Below, in pieces: positions 41,201-51,599 of a DNA stretch of 64,000 nt (its first letter is position 1; the number at the start of each line of letters is the position of its first letter). The DNA is from an uncultured Acidobacteriota bacterium (GTDB lineage: Bacteria > Acidobacteriota > Vicinamibacteria > Marinacidobacterales > DATDRI01), in the NCBI GenBank assembly GCA_963697355.1, contig CAVONV010000035.1, positions 252,960 through 316,959 of the forward strand, in the 5' to 3' direction. The notes beneath the pieces are model-generated. The model did no database searches, was not told where the DNA came from, and worked only from the letters and a program-made list of their open reading frames with translations. A program made the position numbers and the translations under genes.

Positions 41201-44200
41201 ATGAAATCCTCATCGACAACTTTTGGAAGAATCCTCGTTCTCATTCTGTTTCTCGGTCTAGCCTTGGGCTTCCATCAAGCGCTACTCGCCCAAGGGAGCC
41301 ACCGAGACTACGAAGCGAACGAGGCCAATACGGTGGTTTCGCCCTCGTTCATAGAGGGCCTCAAATTCCGCGACATCAATTTCTCCCGGGGCGGACGATC
41401 CACGGCTGTCGCGGGTGTCCCCGGTAATCCCTTGGTCTATTACTTCGGAAGCACCGGAGGCGGTGTGTGGAAAACCGAAGATGCCGGCAACAACTGGAAA
41501 AACATCTCCGACGGATTCTTTGGTGTGGGTGCTATTGGATCCATTGCGGTGGCTGACTCGGATCCCAACGTCGTCTACGTCGGAACCGGCTCGGCATGCC
41601 CTCGCGGCAACATCTCCGTGGGCGACGGCATTTACAAATCGACGGATGCCGGTAAGACCTGGAAACACATAGGACTCCGGCAGGCAGGCCAAATTGGCTG
41701 TATCCGAGTCCACCCCAACAATCCCGACTTGGTCTACGTAGCGGCTCTAGGCCACATCTTCGGCCCCAACGAGGAGCGCGGAGTATTTCGCTCCAAGGAC
41801 GGTGGCGGGACATGGGAGAAGATCTTCTACATCAACGAGGAGACTGGCATCAACGAAATTGCCATGGACACCACCAACCCCCGCCATCTCTACGCAGCGG
41901 CTTGGCGGGTGGAACGGAAGCCTTGGGCTTTGCTGTCGGGTAACGAAGACGGCGGCATCTTCAAATCCACGGATGGCGGCGATTCATGGAACAAACTCGA
42001 GGGCGGACTACCGACCGGTCTCGTCGGCAAGATTGCCGTTACGGTCTCACCAGCCAATTCGAACCGAGTTTGGGCACTCATCGAAGCCGAGGGAGAAAGA
42101 GGAGGCGTCTTCCGGAGTGATGACGCCGGTGAGAAGTGGACAAGGATCAACGGCGAAGCCAAGCTACGCCAACGTCCATGGTACTACCTTCATATCTTCG
42201 CCGATCCCAGGGACGAGAATACCGTCTACGCATTGAACACCGGCTTTTATAAATCCATCGACGGCGGTAAAACGTTCCCCATCCAGTCAAGAGTGCCGCA
42301 CGGGGATAACCATGATCTGTGGATCAATCCCAACGACCCGAAAGTCATGATCAACGCCAACGATGGTGGGGCCAATGTTTCCTTCGATGGTGGGGAGTCT
42401 TGGTCCTGGCAAATGAACCAACCCACGGCCGAGATCTACCGCGTGTTCGTCGATAACCAGTGGCCGTATCGTGTCTATGGACCGCAACAGGACAACAGCA
42501 CTATTTCTGTACCCAGCCACGGAATGGTCGCCTGGAATCGGATGCCGCCGGAATGGTACGACGTCGGCGGTTGTGAGAGTGGACACATTGCCTTCGATCC
42601 CGACAATCCGGACGTGACCTACGCCGGGTGCTATGGAGGTAACATTTCACGAGTCGACCGCTCGACCAGTGAGTCGCGTGCGGTTCTGGCCTACCCCCAA
42701 CTTCAGCTCGGTGCGGCGCCCAGGGATTTGAAATATCGCTTCCAATGGAACGCCCCTATCCGCGTCTCACCACACGATCCCACCGTCGTCTACCATGCTT
42801 CTCAGAAACTACTTCGCTCCAAAGACGCAGGTCAGTCCTGGGAGGAGCTCAGCCCCGATCTCACGACGAACAACCCCGAGACCCAGGACTACACGGGAGG
42901 CCCTATTAGTCACGACAGCACGGGAGTCGAGGTTTACAACACTATTTTCGCCTTCGAGGAATCTCCCCACCAGGCGGGGCTCTTCTGGACGGGAAGCGAC
43001 GACGGCAAGGTGCAGATCTCCAGAGACACCGGCGCCAACTGGACGGACATCACGCCGAAGGACATGCCGGAGGGCGGCACCGTAAACGTCATCGAGCTTT
43101 CGGCGCACGATGCCGGGCGAGCCTTCATTGCCGTGTACAAGTATCGAGAGAATGATTTCCATCCTTACATCTTTCGTACTAATGACTACGGTCAAAGTTG
43201 GGATCTACTGACCAACGGTACGAACGGTATCCCGGCTACTAACTTTACGCGCGCCATCCGGGAGGACCCCGACAAGAAGGGGCTACTTTACGCGGGTACT
43301 GAGTTTGGTCTGTATGTTTCGTTCGACGATGGTGCTCACTGGCAAAGCTTTCAGAGCAATATGCCCATCACTCCCATCACCGACCTCCGCGTCCATCGGA
43401 AGGACCTGGTCATCTCGACGCAAGGCCGTGCCTTTTGGATTCTCGACGACGTGACCCCCCTGCATCAGGTGACAGAAGAAGTCACAAAAGCCGACGCTTG
43501 GCTCTTTGAGCCACGAGCGGCCTACCGTGGAGTCTCGAGAGGGGCAGGGATCAACTACCACTTCACCAAGTTACCGGAGAAAGAGGTCACCCTCGAGATC
43601 TTGGATGTCAATGACAAGGTTCTCAGAACCTTCAAGGGGACACCTGGTGAAGCGCCCGAGCCCGAGAACCCGATGGCGAGATTTTTCGGATTCGGCCGGG
43701 GATCCGACAAGATCCCCGTCAAAGAAGGGCTGAACACATTCACCTGGAATTTGCGCTTGAAATCCCCTGAGGTTCCAAAGGGTGTCGTTCACTGGGGTGG
43801 GATGCGTGGTCCCACGGTGGTACCCGGCAACTACAAGGTTCGTCTGAGCGCAGGCGATTGGAGCGAGACTCGTGCGCTCAAAGTCGAATCTAATCCCAAC
43901 TACCCGACCACCGTGGCTCAGTACCAAGAGCAGCTCGATTTCGTGACGGAAGTCGGCGCCAAAGTTGAGGAGCTTTTCGACGGCCTCACCAAACTGCGGG
44001 ACGTCAAAACGCAAGCTAAAGGTATGGTGGAGCGGTTGAAAAAAGCGGAAATGGAAGACGAAGAAGTCGCTGAAGCCGCCAAAGAGCTCGACAAGAAACT
44101 GACCGACATCGAGGTGAAACTGACGCAAGTCGAGAGCAAGTCGGGGCAGGATCCCATCAATTTTCCACCCCAGATCGACAATCAATTCACGACACTCTAT

Positions 44201-44380
44201 TCTTATGTGTCAGGAAACGACTATCAGCCGACGGCGGGGGCGCGCGCGCGATTCGAGGACCTCAAGCCTCAATTGGCCGAGCTCATGAGTCAACTCAATC
44301 AAATCTTGGGCACGGACGTCGCGGCATTCAACACGCTGGTAAGCAGTAAGAACGTACCACCTGTGGTCATAGCGAAATAA
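41201..44380 (+). CDS. secreted BNR/Asp-box repeat protein (sortilin/VPS10-like or GH74-like beta-propeller)
   Basis: Signal peptide. At least 9 Asp-box motifs (SKDGGGTWEKI, STDGGDSWNKL, SDDAGEKWTRI, SKDAGQSWEEL, SRDTGANWTDI and others). 1059 aa. Confidence 0.8.
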   Translation: MKSSSTTFGRILVLILFLGLALGFHQALLAQGSHRDYEANEANTVVSPSFIEGLKFRDINFSRGGRSTAVAGVPGNPLVYYFGSTGGGVWKTEDAGNNWKNISDGFFGVGAIGSIAVADSDPNVVYVGTGSACPRGNISVGDGIYKSTDAGKTWKHIGLRQAGQIGCIRVHPNNPDLVYVAALGHIFGPNEERGVFRSKDGGGTWEKIFYINEETGINEIAMDTTNPRHLYAAAWRVERKPWALLSGNEDGGIFKSTDGGDSWNKLEGGLPTGLVGKIAVTVSPANSNRVWALIEAEGERGGVFRSDDAGEKWTRINGEAKLRQRPWYYLHIFADPRDENTVYALNTGFYKSIDGGKTFPIQSRVPHGDNHDLWINPNDPKVMINANDGGANVSFDGGESWSWQMNQPTAEIYRVFVDNQWPYRVYGPQQDNSTISVPSHGMVAWNRMPPEWYDVGGCESGHIAFDPDNPDVTYAGCYGGNISRVDRSTSESRAVLAYPQLQLGAAPRDLKYRFQWNAPIRVSPHDPTVVYHASQKLLRSKDAGQSWEELSPDLTTNNPETQDYTGGPISHDSTGVEVYNTIFAFEESPHQAGLFWTGSDDGKVQISRDTGANWTDITPKDMPEGGTVNVIELSAHDAGRAFIAVYKYRENDFHPYIFRTNDYGQSWDLLTNGTNGIPATNFTRAIREDPDKKGLLYAGTEFGLYVSFDDGAHWQSFQSNMPITPITDLRVHRKDLVISTQGRAFWILDDVTPLHQVTEEVTKADAWLFEPRAAYRGVSRGAGINYHFTKLPEKEVTLEILDVNDKVLRTFKGTPGEAPEPENPMARFFGFGRGSDKIPVKEGLNTFTWNLRLKSPEVPKGVVHWGGMRGPTVVPGNYKVRLSAGDWSETRALKVESNPNYPTTVAQYQEQLDFVTEVGAKVEELFDGLTKLRDVKTQAKGMVERLKKAEMEDEEVAEAAKELDKKLTDIEVKLTQVESKSGQDPINFPPQIDNQFTTLYSYVSGNDYQPTAGARARFEDLKPQLAELMSQLNQILGTDVAAFNTLVSSKNVPPVVIAK

Positions 44381-44391
44381 ACGCATACGGT

Positions 44392-44427
44392 CCCGGAGAG
44401 GCCTCGGTCCGAACGAGGCCTCTCCGG
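44392..44427 (+). terminator. perfect 14-15-bp stem hairpin immediately after the BNR gene stop
   Basis: CCCGGAGAGGCCTCG-gtccgaa-CGAGGCCTCTCCGG. No strong T-tract follows, so it may be an intrinsic terminator or an RNA-stability hairpin. Confidence 0.5.
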
Positions 44428-44520
44428 AAACGTCAGAAGCGCTCAGCCCGCCATCACGCGCAAATCTCACACTACGTCAGTCACTTCAGTCGCTTGCTCG
44501 TTCGCACTCCTTCGCGACCA

Positions 44521-44575
44521 TCTGCTGCCTCCTTCCTGGAATTCCTGATTTCTTGATTTCCTGCTTTCCCGGAAC
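44521..44575. repeat. GATTTCTTGATTTCC-containing repeat copy (shared with 31111)
   Basis: ggaattcctgatttcttgatttcctgctttcccgg is comparable with gaattctcgatttcttgatttcccgcctcc at 31105. Confidence 0.6.
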
Positions 44576-44647
44576 TCTTCTGCTTTTGATCCCGTATGTC
44601 TCTTCAAAGGGAACTTTGGGCCAGCGGCAACAAATAGGAGAGGCGAA

Positions 44648-45290
44648 ATGAAACAACTCCTTGTCACCACGGCCGTTTTTTTCGGCTTGACGGCATCCGC
44701 TCATTCCAAAGAGGTGCGCACATTCGATAGGACGTTCGACGCAAGTGCATTCGATAGGCTTTCTGTCGATATCCCCGTGGGTGAAGTGGAGATCGCAGGC
44801 TCCGGCACGAGCGAGAATCAGCGTCGAGGTCACCGTGAACTGTAGCGGATGGCGAACCTCGCGCTGTGAGGAATATGCAGAGGATGTCGACCTCGTGTCG
44901 CGCGAGTGGAAGGACCGTATCGAGCTCGAAATCGATGGCTCGAGAAAATGGAAAACCATCGGCCTTTCCTTTGATATTCGAATGAGAGCGCCCGCCGGCA
45001 TGAAGCTCGAGGTCGACATGGGAGTGGGGGAATTGGACATCTCAGGGTTCAGGAATGATGTTTCCGCAGACCTCGGTGTCGGAGAATTGTCGGTCGCGAT
45101 GGACGAGTCCAACGTTCGTTTGGTGGACCTCGAAACGGGACTCGGGGAAGCCGACTTACGATACAGCGAAGGCGAAATGGAATCGAGCGGCATATTCGGA
45201 AACGAGATTCGCTGGGACGAGGGCAAGGGCACCGCGAACGTCAGACTCGAGGTGGGCGTCGGTGAAATCGACCTTCGTTTGAGACCCTAG
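44648..45290 (+). pseudogene. DUF4097-like putative adhesin (beta-strand repeat) with an apparent 1-nt frameshift near 44810
   Basis: ORF 44648-44845 carries the signal peptide and ...VDIPVGEVEIAGSGTSE. ORF 44745-45290 continues as ...ISVEVTVNCSGW... with repeated GVGELxxxxxxxxVxAD strands. Removing one A from gagaatc joins the two frames. Confidence 0.55.
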
Positions 45291-45395
45291 CCCTCGCGGG
45301 CAACAATCCGTAAAACAAGGGGCGCTCGATTCCAGAGATGAAGTCTTCCCGCCCATTCAGGGAACAATCCCGCGACCAGATCCGTTTCAAAGAGC

Positions 45396-47879
45396 ATGGA
45401 AAATCTCTGGAAAGACATCCAGTTCGGCCTCCGGATGTTCACAAAGAACCCCGGATTTACGGCCGTGGCCACCCTATCGCTGGCACTCGGAATCGGTGTC
45501 AACTCCACCATCTTCAGCCTCGTCAACGCCATACTTCTCCGACCCATGCCGGTTGAGGATCCCCATCAACTCGTAGAGATCTACTCGGGAACGGACCTGT
45601 TCGAATATTCGGTCAACTCGTACCTCGACTACGTGGACTTCCGCGATCAAAACGACGTGTTCAGCGGACTAATCGCCCATTCCATGATGTCTGCTCGAAT
45701 CACCCTCGAAGGTCGCTCCGAGCTGGTCGTTGGTGAGATCGTCACCCACAACTACTTCGATGTCTTGGGAGTCGAGCCGCACTTGGGACGATGGTTCCTT
45801 CCCGAAGAGGATCGGACGGAAGGCACGCATCCGGTGGCCGTAATCAGCCAAGGAGCCTGGCAGCGACGATTCGGCTCGGATCCGGCCATCTTGGGGAAGA
45901 CCACCAAAGTAAACGGACAGGTCTACACCATCGTTGGAGTGACACCGGAGAAGTTCACGGGAACGGTTCCCGGATTCTCGCCGGAGATCTGGGTTCCCAT
46001 GATGATGGCCGAAGATGTCGACCCGTCAGGCATCACCGATAGTCAGCCCTCTCCTACCGGAGACACGCGGCTCGAGCAACGAGGCAACCGCTGGCTCTTT
46101 CTCAAGGGCCGTCTCAAAGATGACATGACTTTGGAGCAAGCTGAGGCCCAGTTCGCCACCATCATGAAACGCCTGGAGCGAGAGTATCCCGAGACGAACG
46201 AAGACCGAAAAATCACGATGATGCCCGCCGGCAATGTGAGGCTTCACCCCATGATCGACCAATACCTCACGCCTGCCGCACTGCTCATCCTCGCCGTCGT
46301 TGGTTTAGTGCTTCTCATCGCCTGCGCAAACGTCGCGAACATGCTCCTGGCTCGCGCGTCCGCCCGAAGACAAGAGATCGCGGTCCGGCTCGCTATCGGT
46401 GCCAGCCGCATGCGACTCTTTCGTCAGCTACTAACGGAAAGCATCCTGCTGTCAGGACTAGGAGGATTGCTGGGTCTCGTTTTTGCCTACTGGACCGCAG
46501 ACTTGCTGCTGGCGTTCCGCCCCCCCGGTGATTTCCCCATTACTTTGGACCTCGGAATCGATTCCCGCGTGTTCTTGTTCACATTTGGTATCTCCGTTCT
46601 CGCCGGGTTGGTCTTCGGTCTGGCTCCTGCGCTCCAGGCTTCCCGCCCGGATCTGATGCCCGTCCTCAGAAACGAGGGGACGAGAGGAGGTGGAAGCAAA
46701 GGCCGCCTCCAACTTCGAAACGTCTTGGTGGTCGGTCAAGTGGCCGTTTCCCTGGTCCTTCTCATCGGAGCGAGCCTCCTCGTGAGAAGTCTCGAAAGCG
46801 CCAGTATGATGGACGTTGGATTCGACGATGACCGTCTCGCCGTACTAAGCGTCGACTTCGATCTCCATGGATACAATGAGGAAGCTGGAAAGGCTTTTTT
46901 TCAACAGCTCGTGGAACGGGCACGCACCGTCCCAGGTGTCGAGTCAGCCACGCTCGTTCAACGGCTTCCACTGACCGTCGACTTGAGTATGACGGGCATC
47001 TATATCGAGGGACATCACGAAAGCAAGGACGACGAGCCCTACCTCATCGATGTGACAAGAGTGGCCTCGGATTACTTTGATACATTCGGAATCCCGCTCG
47101 TCAAAGGCCGCGATTTCAGCGAGGCGGATACCGAGGATGCGCCTAGAGTGGCCATCATCAATGACACCATGGCCCGTATGTATTGGCCGGACAAGGACCC
47201 CATAGGGCAGCGTTTCCACACGGAAGGACTCGACGGCCCAACCACAGAGATTATCGGTGTTTGCCGGGATTACAACGTCCGCACCGTGGGAGAGGAGCCG
47301 CGGCCCTTCCTCCATTCACCTCGATCGCAACGATACAATTCCTTTGCCAACATTGTGGTGCGAACGAGCGGCGATCCCGCGACGATGGTGGGGAACCTGA
47401 GACGAGAAGTTCTCGAGCTGGACTCCGACTTGATGTTCATCGATGCCGACGCCATGCCGAAACTTATCGAAGTGACGTTACTCCCCGTCCGCATGGGAGC
47501 CGTCCTCATCGGCCTGTTTGGTATCCTTGGAATGATGCTCGCCGCCGTCGGACTCTACGGTGTCATTGCCTATTCCGTCGCCCGCCGAACACACGAGCTG
47601 GGACTCCGGATGGCCCTCGGTGCCAAAACCGGTGATGTGATCCAGATGGTCATCCGACAAGGGATGGTCATTACTCTTCTCGGAGTTGTTGCCGGATTGA
47701 TTGGAGCAGCTGTGGTAAGCCAGGTCCTTTCTTCGCAGCTTTATGGAGTCAGTGCTCTCGATCCCCTTAGCTTCGGTTTGGCCGCCCTACTCCTGGTGGG
47801 AGTGGCGCTCTTCGCCAACTACATCCCAGCGCGCCGAGCCGCGAAAGTGGACCCAGTCATTGCGTTGAGGTACGAGTAG
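45396..47879 (+). CDS. ADOP-family (duplicated orphan) MacB-like ABC transporter permease, FtsX x2
   Basis: N-terminus LWKDIQFGLRMFTKNPGFTAVATLSLALGIGVNSTIFSLVNAILLRP is the ADOP signature. Two MacB periplasmic domains and two FtsX 4-TM modules. No cognate ATPase gene is adjacent. Confidence 0.9.
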   Translation: MENLWKDIQFGLRMFTKNPGFTAVATLSLALGIGVNSTIFSLVNAILLRPMPVEDPHQLVEIYSGTDLFEYSVNSYLDYVDFRDQNDVFSGLIAHSMMSARITLEGRSELVVGEIVTHNYFDVLGVEPHLGRWFLPEEDRTEGTHPVAVISQGAWQRRFGSDPAILGKTTKVNGQVYTIVGVTPEKFTGTVPGFSPEIWVPMMMAEDVDPSGITDSQPSPTGDTRLEQRGNRWLFLKGRLKDDMTLEQAEAQFATIMKRLEREYPETNEDRKITMMPAGNVRLHPMIDQYLTPAALLILAVVGLVLLIACANVANMLLARASARRQEIAVRLAIGASRMRLFRQLLTESILLSGLGGLLGLVFAYWTADLLLAFRPPGDFPITLDLGIDSRVFLFTFGISVLAGLVFGLAPALQASRPDLMPVLRNEGTRGGGSKGRLQLRNVLVVGQVAVSLVLLIGASLLVRSLESASMMDVGFDDDRLAVLSVDFDLHGYNEEAGKAFFQQLVERARTVPGVESATLVQRLPLTVDLSMTGIYIEGHHESKDDEPYLIDVTRVASDYFDTFGIPLVKGRDFSEADTEDAPRVAIINDTMARMYWPDKDPIGQRFHTEGLDGPTTEIIGVCRDYNVRTVGEEPRPFLHSPRSQRYNSFANIVVRTSGDPATMVGNLRREVLELDSDLMFIDADAMPKLIEVTLLPVRMGAVLIGLFGILGMMLAAVGLYGVIAYSVARRTHELGLRMALGAKTGDVIQMVIRQGMVITLLGVVAGLIGAAVVSQVLSSQLYGVSALDPLSFGLAALLLVGVALFANYIPARRAAKVDPVIALRYE

Positions 47880-47902
47880 AGAAGCAGGAGGAAGAATAAA
47901 GT

Positions 47903-47955
47903 AGAAAGGAGGAAGTCGTCCATCGCTACTCTCTCTTTCCTACTTCCTCCTTTCT
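47903..47955. terminator. 14-bp perfect inverted repeat AGAAAGGAGGAAGT / ACTTCCTCCTTTCT (25-nt loop) between convergent genes
   Basis: Direct reading of 47903-47916 against 47942-47955. Flanked by GGAGGAAG / CTCCTT-type simple sequence. Confidence 0.5.
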
Positions 47956-47980
47956 CCTTTCTCCTTGATTGCTTCACTTC

Positions 47981-49342
47981 CTAGACAATCCCAATGATCC
48001 ACATCACCCATACAGTGATGAACGAGAACACCCCCCCCACAAGAGTAACCCCGCCGTAGCTGTAGATAGCATCACTCACCTCGAGCTTCGTGAGGGACGT
48101 GCAGACCCAGAAATAGCTGCTGTTCACATATTTGATGATGACCGAGCCGGAAGCTCCGGCTAACATGGCGGCCTCTGGAGATAGATGCAACGTCCCGAGC
48201 ATGGGTGCAACGAGAGACGCCGCGGTGATGACCCCTACGGTAGTGGAACCCGTGATCATATTACCCACGATGCCGAGGATGAACGGTAAGAGAAGGGACG
48301 GCAAGCCGCTTTCGGCAAAGAACTCCGCTATCGTGGTCACCGCCGGAGTTCCTTTCAAAATTGCACTCAACGAACCCCCAAGGCCCGTCACGACTAGGAT
48401 CATGGCGGACACGCGGAGGCCGTCTTCGACCCATTCGTCTTTCGCTTTCCGTTGGTCGTCTTTGTTCTTGATGTTTCGGAAAGCCAACCACACTCCAATA
48501 GAGAGTGCCACGACCGGCCAGCCGAGATAGCTCGAGACGTCCAAGAGGAGGCTTCCCTCTTTCAGAAAGAGCTTGGCCAGGCTTTGAGTCGAGATGAGCA
48601 GGATGGGGATAACAATGGGGGCATAAGACCTCCAAGTTCCCGGAAGAGAAGAGTCCTCATCGAGGAATCTACTCCCCGTGAACTCCTCGGAAGGTGGCGT
48701 CTCGATTCGGGGACCAACAACGAACTGTCCCCAGATCCATCCGGCCAACGAGCCCACGAGACAGGCGATGCTACCCAGGATGATGACCTTTCCGATGTCC
48801 GCACCCACCAGGGCTGCAGCAGCCAAAGGACCGGGAGTGGGTGGCACGATGGCGTGCGTAAGTTGCATCGCTCCCACCAAACCAGTCGCCATGAAACTGA
48901 TACTGACACCCATGACCCTAGCCGCGGAATGAACCAGCGGATTCAAAATGATGAATGCGACATCGGAAAAAATAGCGATACCCAAAATGAATCCCGAGAG
49001 CGTCAACGCCAGGGGCATTCTTCGCGCACCCACCAGACGTACCATCGAGCGGGTAATGACTTGAATCGCACCGGTGTGCTTCAGAGCCTCGGCTATAAGG
49101 GACCCGAGAACGATAACGACTCCGATCTTGCCAAGAGTCTGGCCGAACCCTGTTTCGAAGGCCTTTATGAAGTTGTTCCGCTGGACACCGGGAATGATGC
49201 CAAAAAGGATGATGGGAATGAGGAGCGCCAGAAAGACGTGCCATCTCCATTTCGCGATGAGAAACAGCAAGACGATGATGACCGCAACAAACGCGACCAA
49301 CGTCAATAGTGGACTCGTTGCCACCGCTGTCGAAGGGTCCAT
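47981..49342 (-). CDS. GntP family permease (gluconate/H+ symporter family)
   Basis: Start moved to MDPSTAV.... FGQTLGKIGVVIVLGSLIAEALKHTGA...GARRMPLALTLSGFILGIAIFSDVAFIILNPLV matches the conserved GntP N-terminal half. About 12 TM helices. Confidence 0.8.
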   Translation of the reverse strand: MDPSTAVATSPLLTLVAFVAVIIVLLFLIAKWRWHVFLALLIPIILFGIIPGVQRNNFIKAFETGFGQTLGKIGVVIVLGSLIAEALKHTGAIQVITRSMVRLVGARRMPLALTLSGFILGIAIFSDVAFIILNPLVHSAARVMGVSISFMATGLVGAMQLTHAIVPPTPGPLAAAALVGADIGKVIILGSIACLVGSLAGWIWGQFVVGPRIETPPSEEFTGSRFLDEDSSLPGTWRSYAPIVIPILLISTQSLAKLFLKEGSLLLDVSSYLGWPVVALSIGVWLAFRNIKNKDDQRKAKDEWVEDGLRVSAMILVVTGLGGSLSAILKGTPAVTTIAEFFAESGLPSLLLPFILGIVGNMITGSTTVGVITAASLVAPMLGTLHLSPEAAMLAGASGSVIIKYVNSSYFWVCTSLTKLEVSDAIYSYGGVTLVGGVFSFITVWVMWIIGIV

Positions 49343-49457
49343 TCTCGCCTCCGTGTTGAACGTCTTGGTGAGAAGTGGTAACTTCTCCCGCGCCTGAAGG
49401 GCTTTGGGTTGCACAGGTTATCGCACTAGACCAACAAAAACGAATTCTATTGATATT

Positions 49458-50873
49458 ATGAAACCAAGAATCTCATTTCACGGTGGTGTCGGGACCGTTA
49501 CGGGCTCGCGATATTTGGTCGAGACGGAAGAGACGACCGTACAAGTCGATGCGGGCCTTTTTCAGGGGCTCAAGAAGCTACGTCTCTTGAATTGGAAAGG
49601 TCCCTCTTTTGACCCGAAATCGGTTGACCATCTCGTGTTGACGCACGCCCACATCGACCATTCCGGCTATCTCCCTCGACTCGTGAAGTTGGGCTATTCG
49701 GGTCCTGTGTATTGCACCCCGGCCTCCGCTCAGCTCGTCGAGCTCCTTCTCTTGGACTCCGCCAAGATACAAGAGGAAGAAGCCGAGTACGCCAACCGCA
49801 AGGGTTTCTCCAAGCACAAACCGGCACTGCCTCTATATACAACCCAAGATGCCGAGGCGGCCATCGCTCTCCTACATGCCGTCCCCTACGAGAAGTGGCA
49901 CGAGCTCGAAGGCAACATCAGATTCCAATTCCTCAACGCCGGGCACATCCTAGGGGCGGCTATGGTGGAGATGCGTCTACCCGTCGGCGGCCGGGAGTCG
50001 ACTATTGTATTCAGCGGCGACGTGGGACGATACGATGTACCGCTCCATTCCGATCCGTCACCACCGCCCTCGAGTGATCTCCTCCTCGTGGAGTCGACCT
50101 ACGGTGACAGGCAACACGACCATCGCCCCATTGGGGAGCAAATCTGTGAGCCCATCATCGAGACGTTCGATCGAGGCGGAGTCGTCCTCATCCCGTCCTT
50201 TGCCGTAGGAAGGGCCCAGCTCGTAACCCTGATCCTTCGCGAGCTCATCAACACCGGTAAGCTCCCGGATGTACCCATTCACATTGACAGCCCAATGGCG
50301 GTGAACGCCACTCGAATCTACAGCGAGCACATCAACGACTTGAGTCTCGATGACGACCTGATCGAAGACGGACGGAGCCGTCTGTTTCCCCGGAACGTTC
50401 AGTTCCATCGCACGGTCAAAGAATCGAAAGATTTGAACGCTCTCGATGGTCCTCGCATCATCATCTCCGCCAGCGGGATGCTCACGGCGGGGCGCGTCAT
50501 TCACCACTTGCATCGACTCCTCCCCGACCCCCTCAACCTAATCATGCTAGTGGGATACCAGGCGGCCGGCACCCGCGGGCGAGCCTTGCTCAATGGTGCC
50601 AAAACGCTGAAGATGCACGGCGATCAAGTCCGCGTCCGCTCTCAGTTCATGACGGTAAACGGCCTCTCCGCCCATGCGGACAAAGACGAGCTCTTCCGAT
50701 GGCTGAGCTCAGCAGAATCCGGTCCACCCACGGTTTTCGTAACCCACGGAGAGCCGGATGCGGCCAAAGCCTTGGCCGAACATATTGAAAAGGAGACCGA
50801 ATCCCAAGTTCTCATCCCCGGCCTCGGGGACGGATTCGACCTCGAAGAGTTGATTTCCCGAAACGGTCAATGA
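49458..50873 (+). CDS. MBL-fold beta-CASP family RNA-metabolising hydrolase (RNase J / CPSF-like)
   Basis: Start at MKPRISFHGG. THAHIDHSG (HxHxDH) motif. Beta-CASP motifs further downstream (ESTYGD, ...GHSAHAD-like LSAHADKDEL). Confidence 0.8.
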   Translation: MKPRISFHGGVGTVTGSRYLVETEETTVQVDAGLFQGLKKLRLLNWKGPSFDPKSVDHLVLTHAHIDHSGYLPRLVKLGYSGPVYCTPASAQLVELLLLDSAKIQEEEAEYANRKGFSKHKPALPLYTTQDAEAAIALLHAVPYEKWHELEGNIRFQFLNAGHILGAAMVEMRLPVGGRESTIVFSGDVGRYDVPLHSDPSPPPSSDLLLVESTYGDRQHDHRPIGEQICEPIIETFDRGGVVLIPSFAVGRAQLVTLILRELINTGKLPDVPIHIDSPMAVNATRIYSEHINDLSLDDDLIEDGRSRLFPRNVQFHRTVKESKDLNALDGPRIIISASGMLTAGRVIHHLHRLLPDPLNLIMLVGYQAAGTRGRALLNGAKTLKMHGDQVRVRSQFMTVNGLSAHADKDELFRWLSSAESGPPTVFVTHGEPDAAKALAEHIEKETESQVLIPGLGDGFDLEELISRNGQ

Positions 50874-50874
50874 C

Positions 50875-50950
50875 CACGCCGACCGGAAGAGAAATCAAGA
50901 ACCCAAGAATTCAAGAATCCCAGAAAAACGAAATCTCCGGAATTCAACGC
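50875..50950. repeat. 8-bp periodic array GAAATCAA GAACCCAA GAATTCAA GAATCCCA ... (reverse-complement orientation of the TTGARTTC family)
   Basis: Direct reading immediately after the beta-CASP gene stop. Confidence 0.7.
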
Positions 50951-51108
50951 CAAGGCGCGGTGACGCAGAGAAGAGAGGGCACTCTTTCGGGTTTGAATTG
51001 AGCGGCGCTACTCGATCATCGCCGCGACTCTGCCACTTTGTGGCTCTGCGTTAAGTTATTCATTTGAAAAAATTTACATAAATATTTCAAGTATCTGCAG
51101 ATAAGCAC

Positions 51109-51137
51109 TTGACAAGTGTTATCATTTGATATAGATT
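51109..51137 (+). promoter_or_regulatory. sigma70-like promoter (TTGACA - 17 bp - TAGATT) for the fur-family gene, with overlapping AT-rich dyads
   Basis: TTGACA at 51109-51114 and TAGATT at 51132-51137, 21 nt before the ATG at 51159. Perfect 12-bp palindrome TATCTGCAGATA at 51092-51103 just upstream. The spacer (GTTATCATTTGATAT) is Fur-box-like. Confidence 0.5.
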
Positions 51138-51158
51138 ACTAATCGCTGTTGAAAGCTT

Positions 51159-51584
51159 ATGCTGAAAGATCACTTGAACTCACTCGAGGCTGTCTTCCGA
51201 GAGAACGGTCTCCCCTTGACGGTCCAACGCAAAGTCATCCTCGAAGCGATCCTCGACCGCAAGGATCATCCGACAGCCGACCAAATCTACGAGACCGTAA
51301 AAGTGGACCTTCCAGGCCTATCCAAAGCGACGGTCTACCGCGTCCTCGACTTATTGGTGCAGGTTGGTGTCGTTCAAAAGGTCTTTCACACCGACGCCAT
51401 GACCCGCTTCGACCCCATGGTCAGCCGTCATCACCACGCTACCTGTCGACTCTGCGGACAGTTCAATGATCTCGACCCTGATATCGTTCCTGATATTCCC
51501 CTTCCCAAGACTGAAGGATTGGGGTTCGAGATCACTGACTATTCCATCAACTTCACCGGTATCTGTTCACGATGCCAATCTTAA
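51159..51584 (+). CDS. Fur family transcriptional regulator (PerR-like by context)
   Basis: LPLTVQRKVILEAIL...HPTADQIYE...HHHATCRLCG...CSRC are Fur DNA-binding and metal-site motifs. Followed by rubrerythrin and peroxidase genes. Confidence 0.85.
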   Translation: MLKDHLNSLEAVFRENGLPLTVQRKVILEAILDRKDHPTADQIYETVKVDLPGLSKATVYRVLDLLVQVGVVQKVFHTDAMTRFDPMVSRHHHATCRLCGQFNDLDPDIVPDIPLPKTEGLGFEITDYSINFTGICSRCQS

Positions 51585-51599
51585 AAGGAGAGAGAAAAA

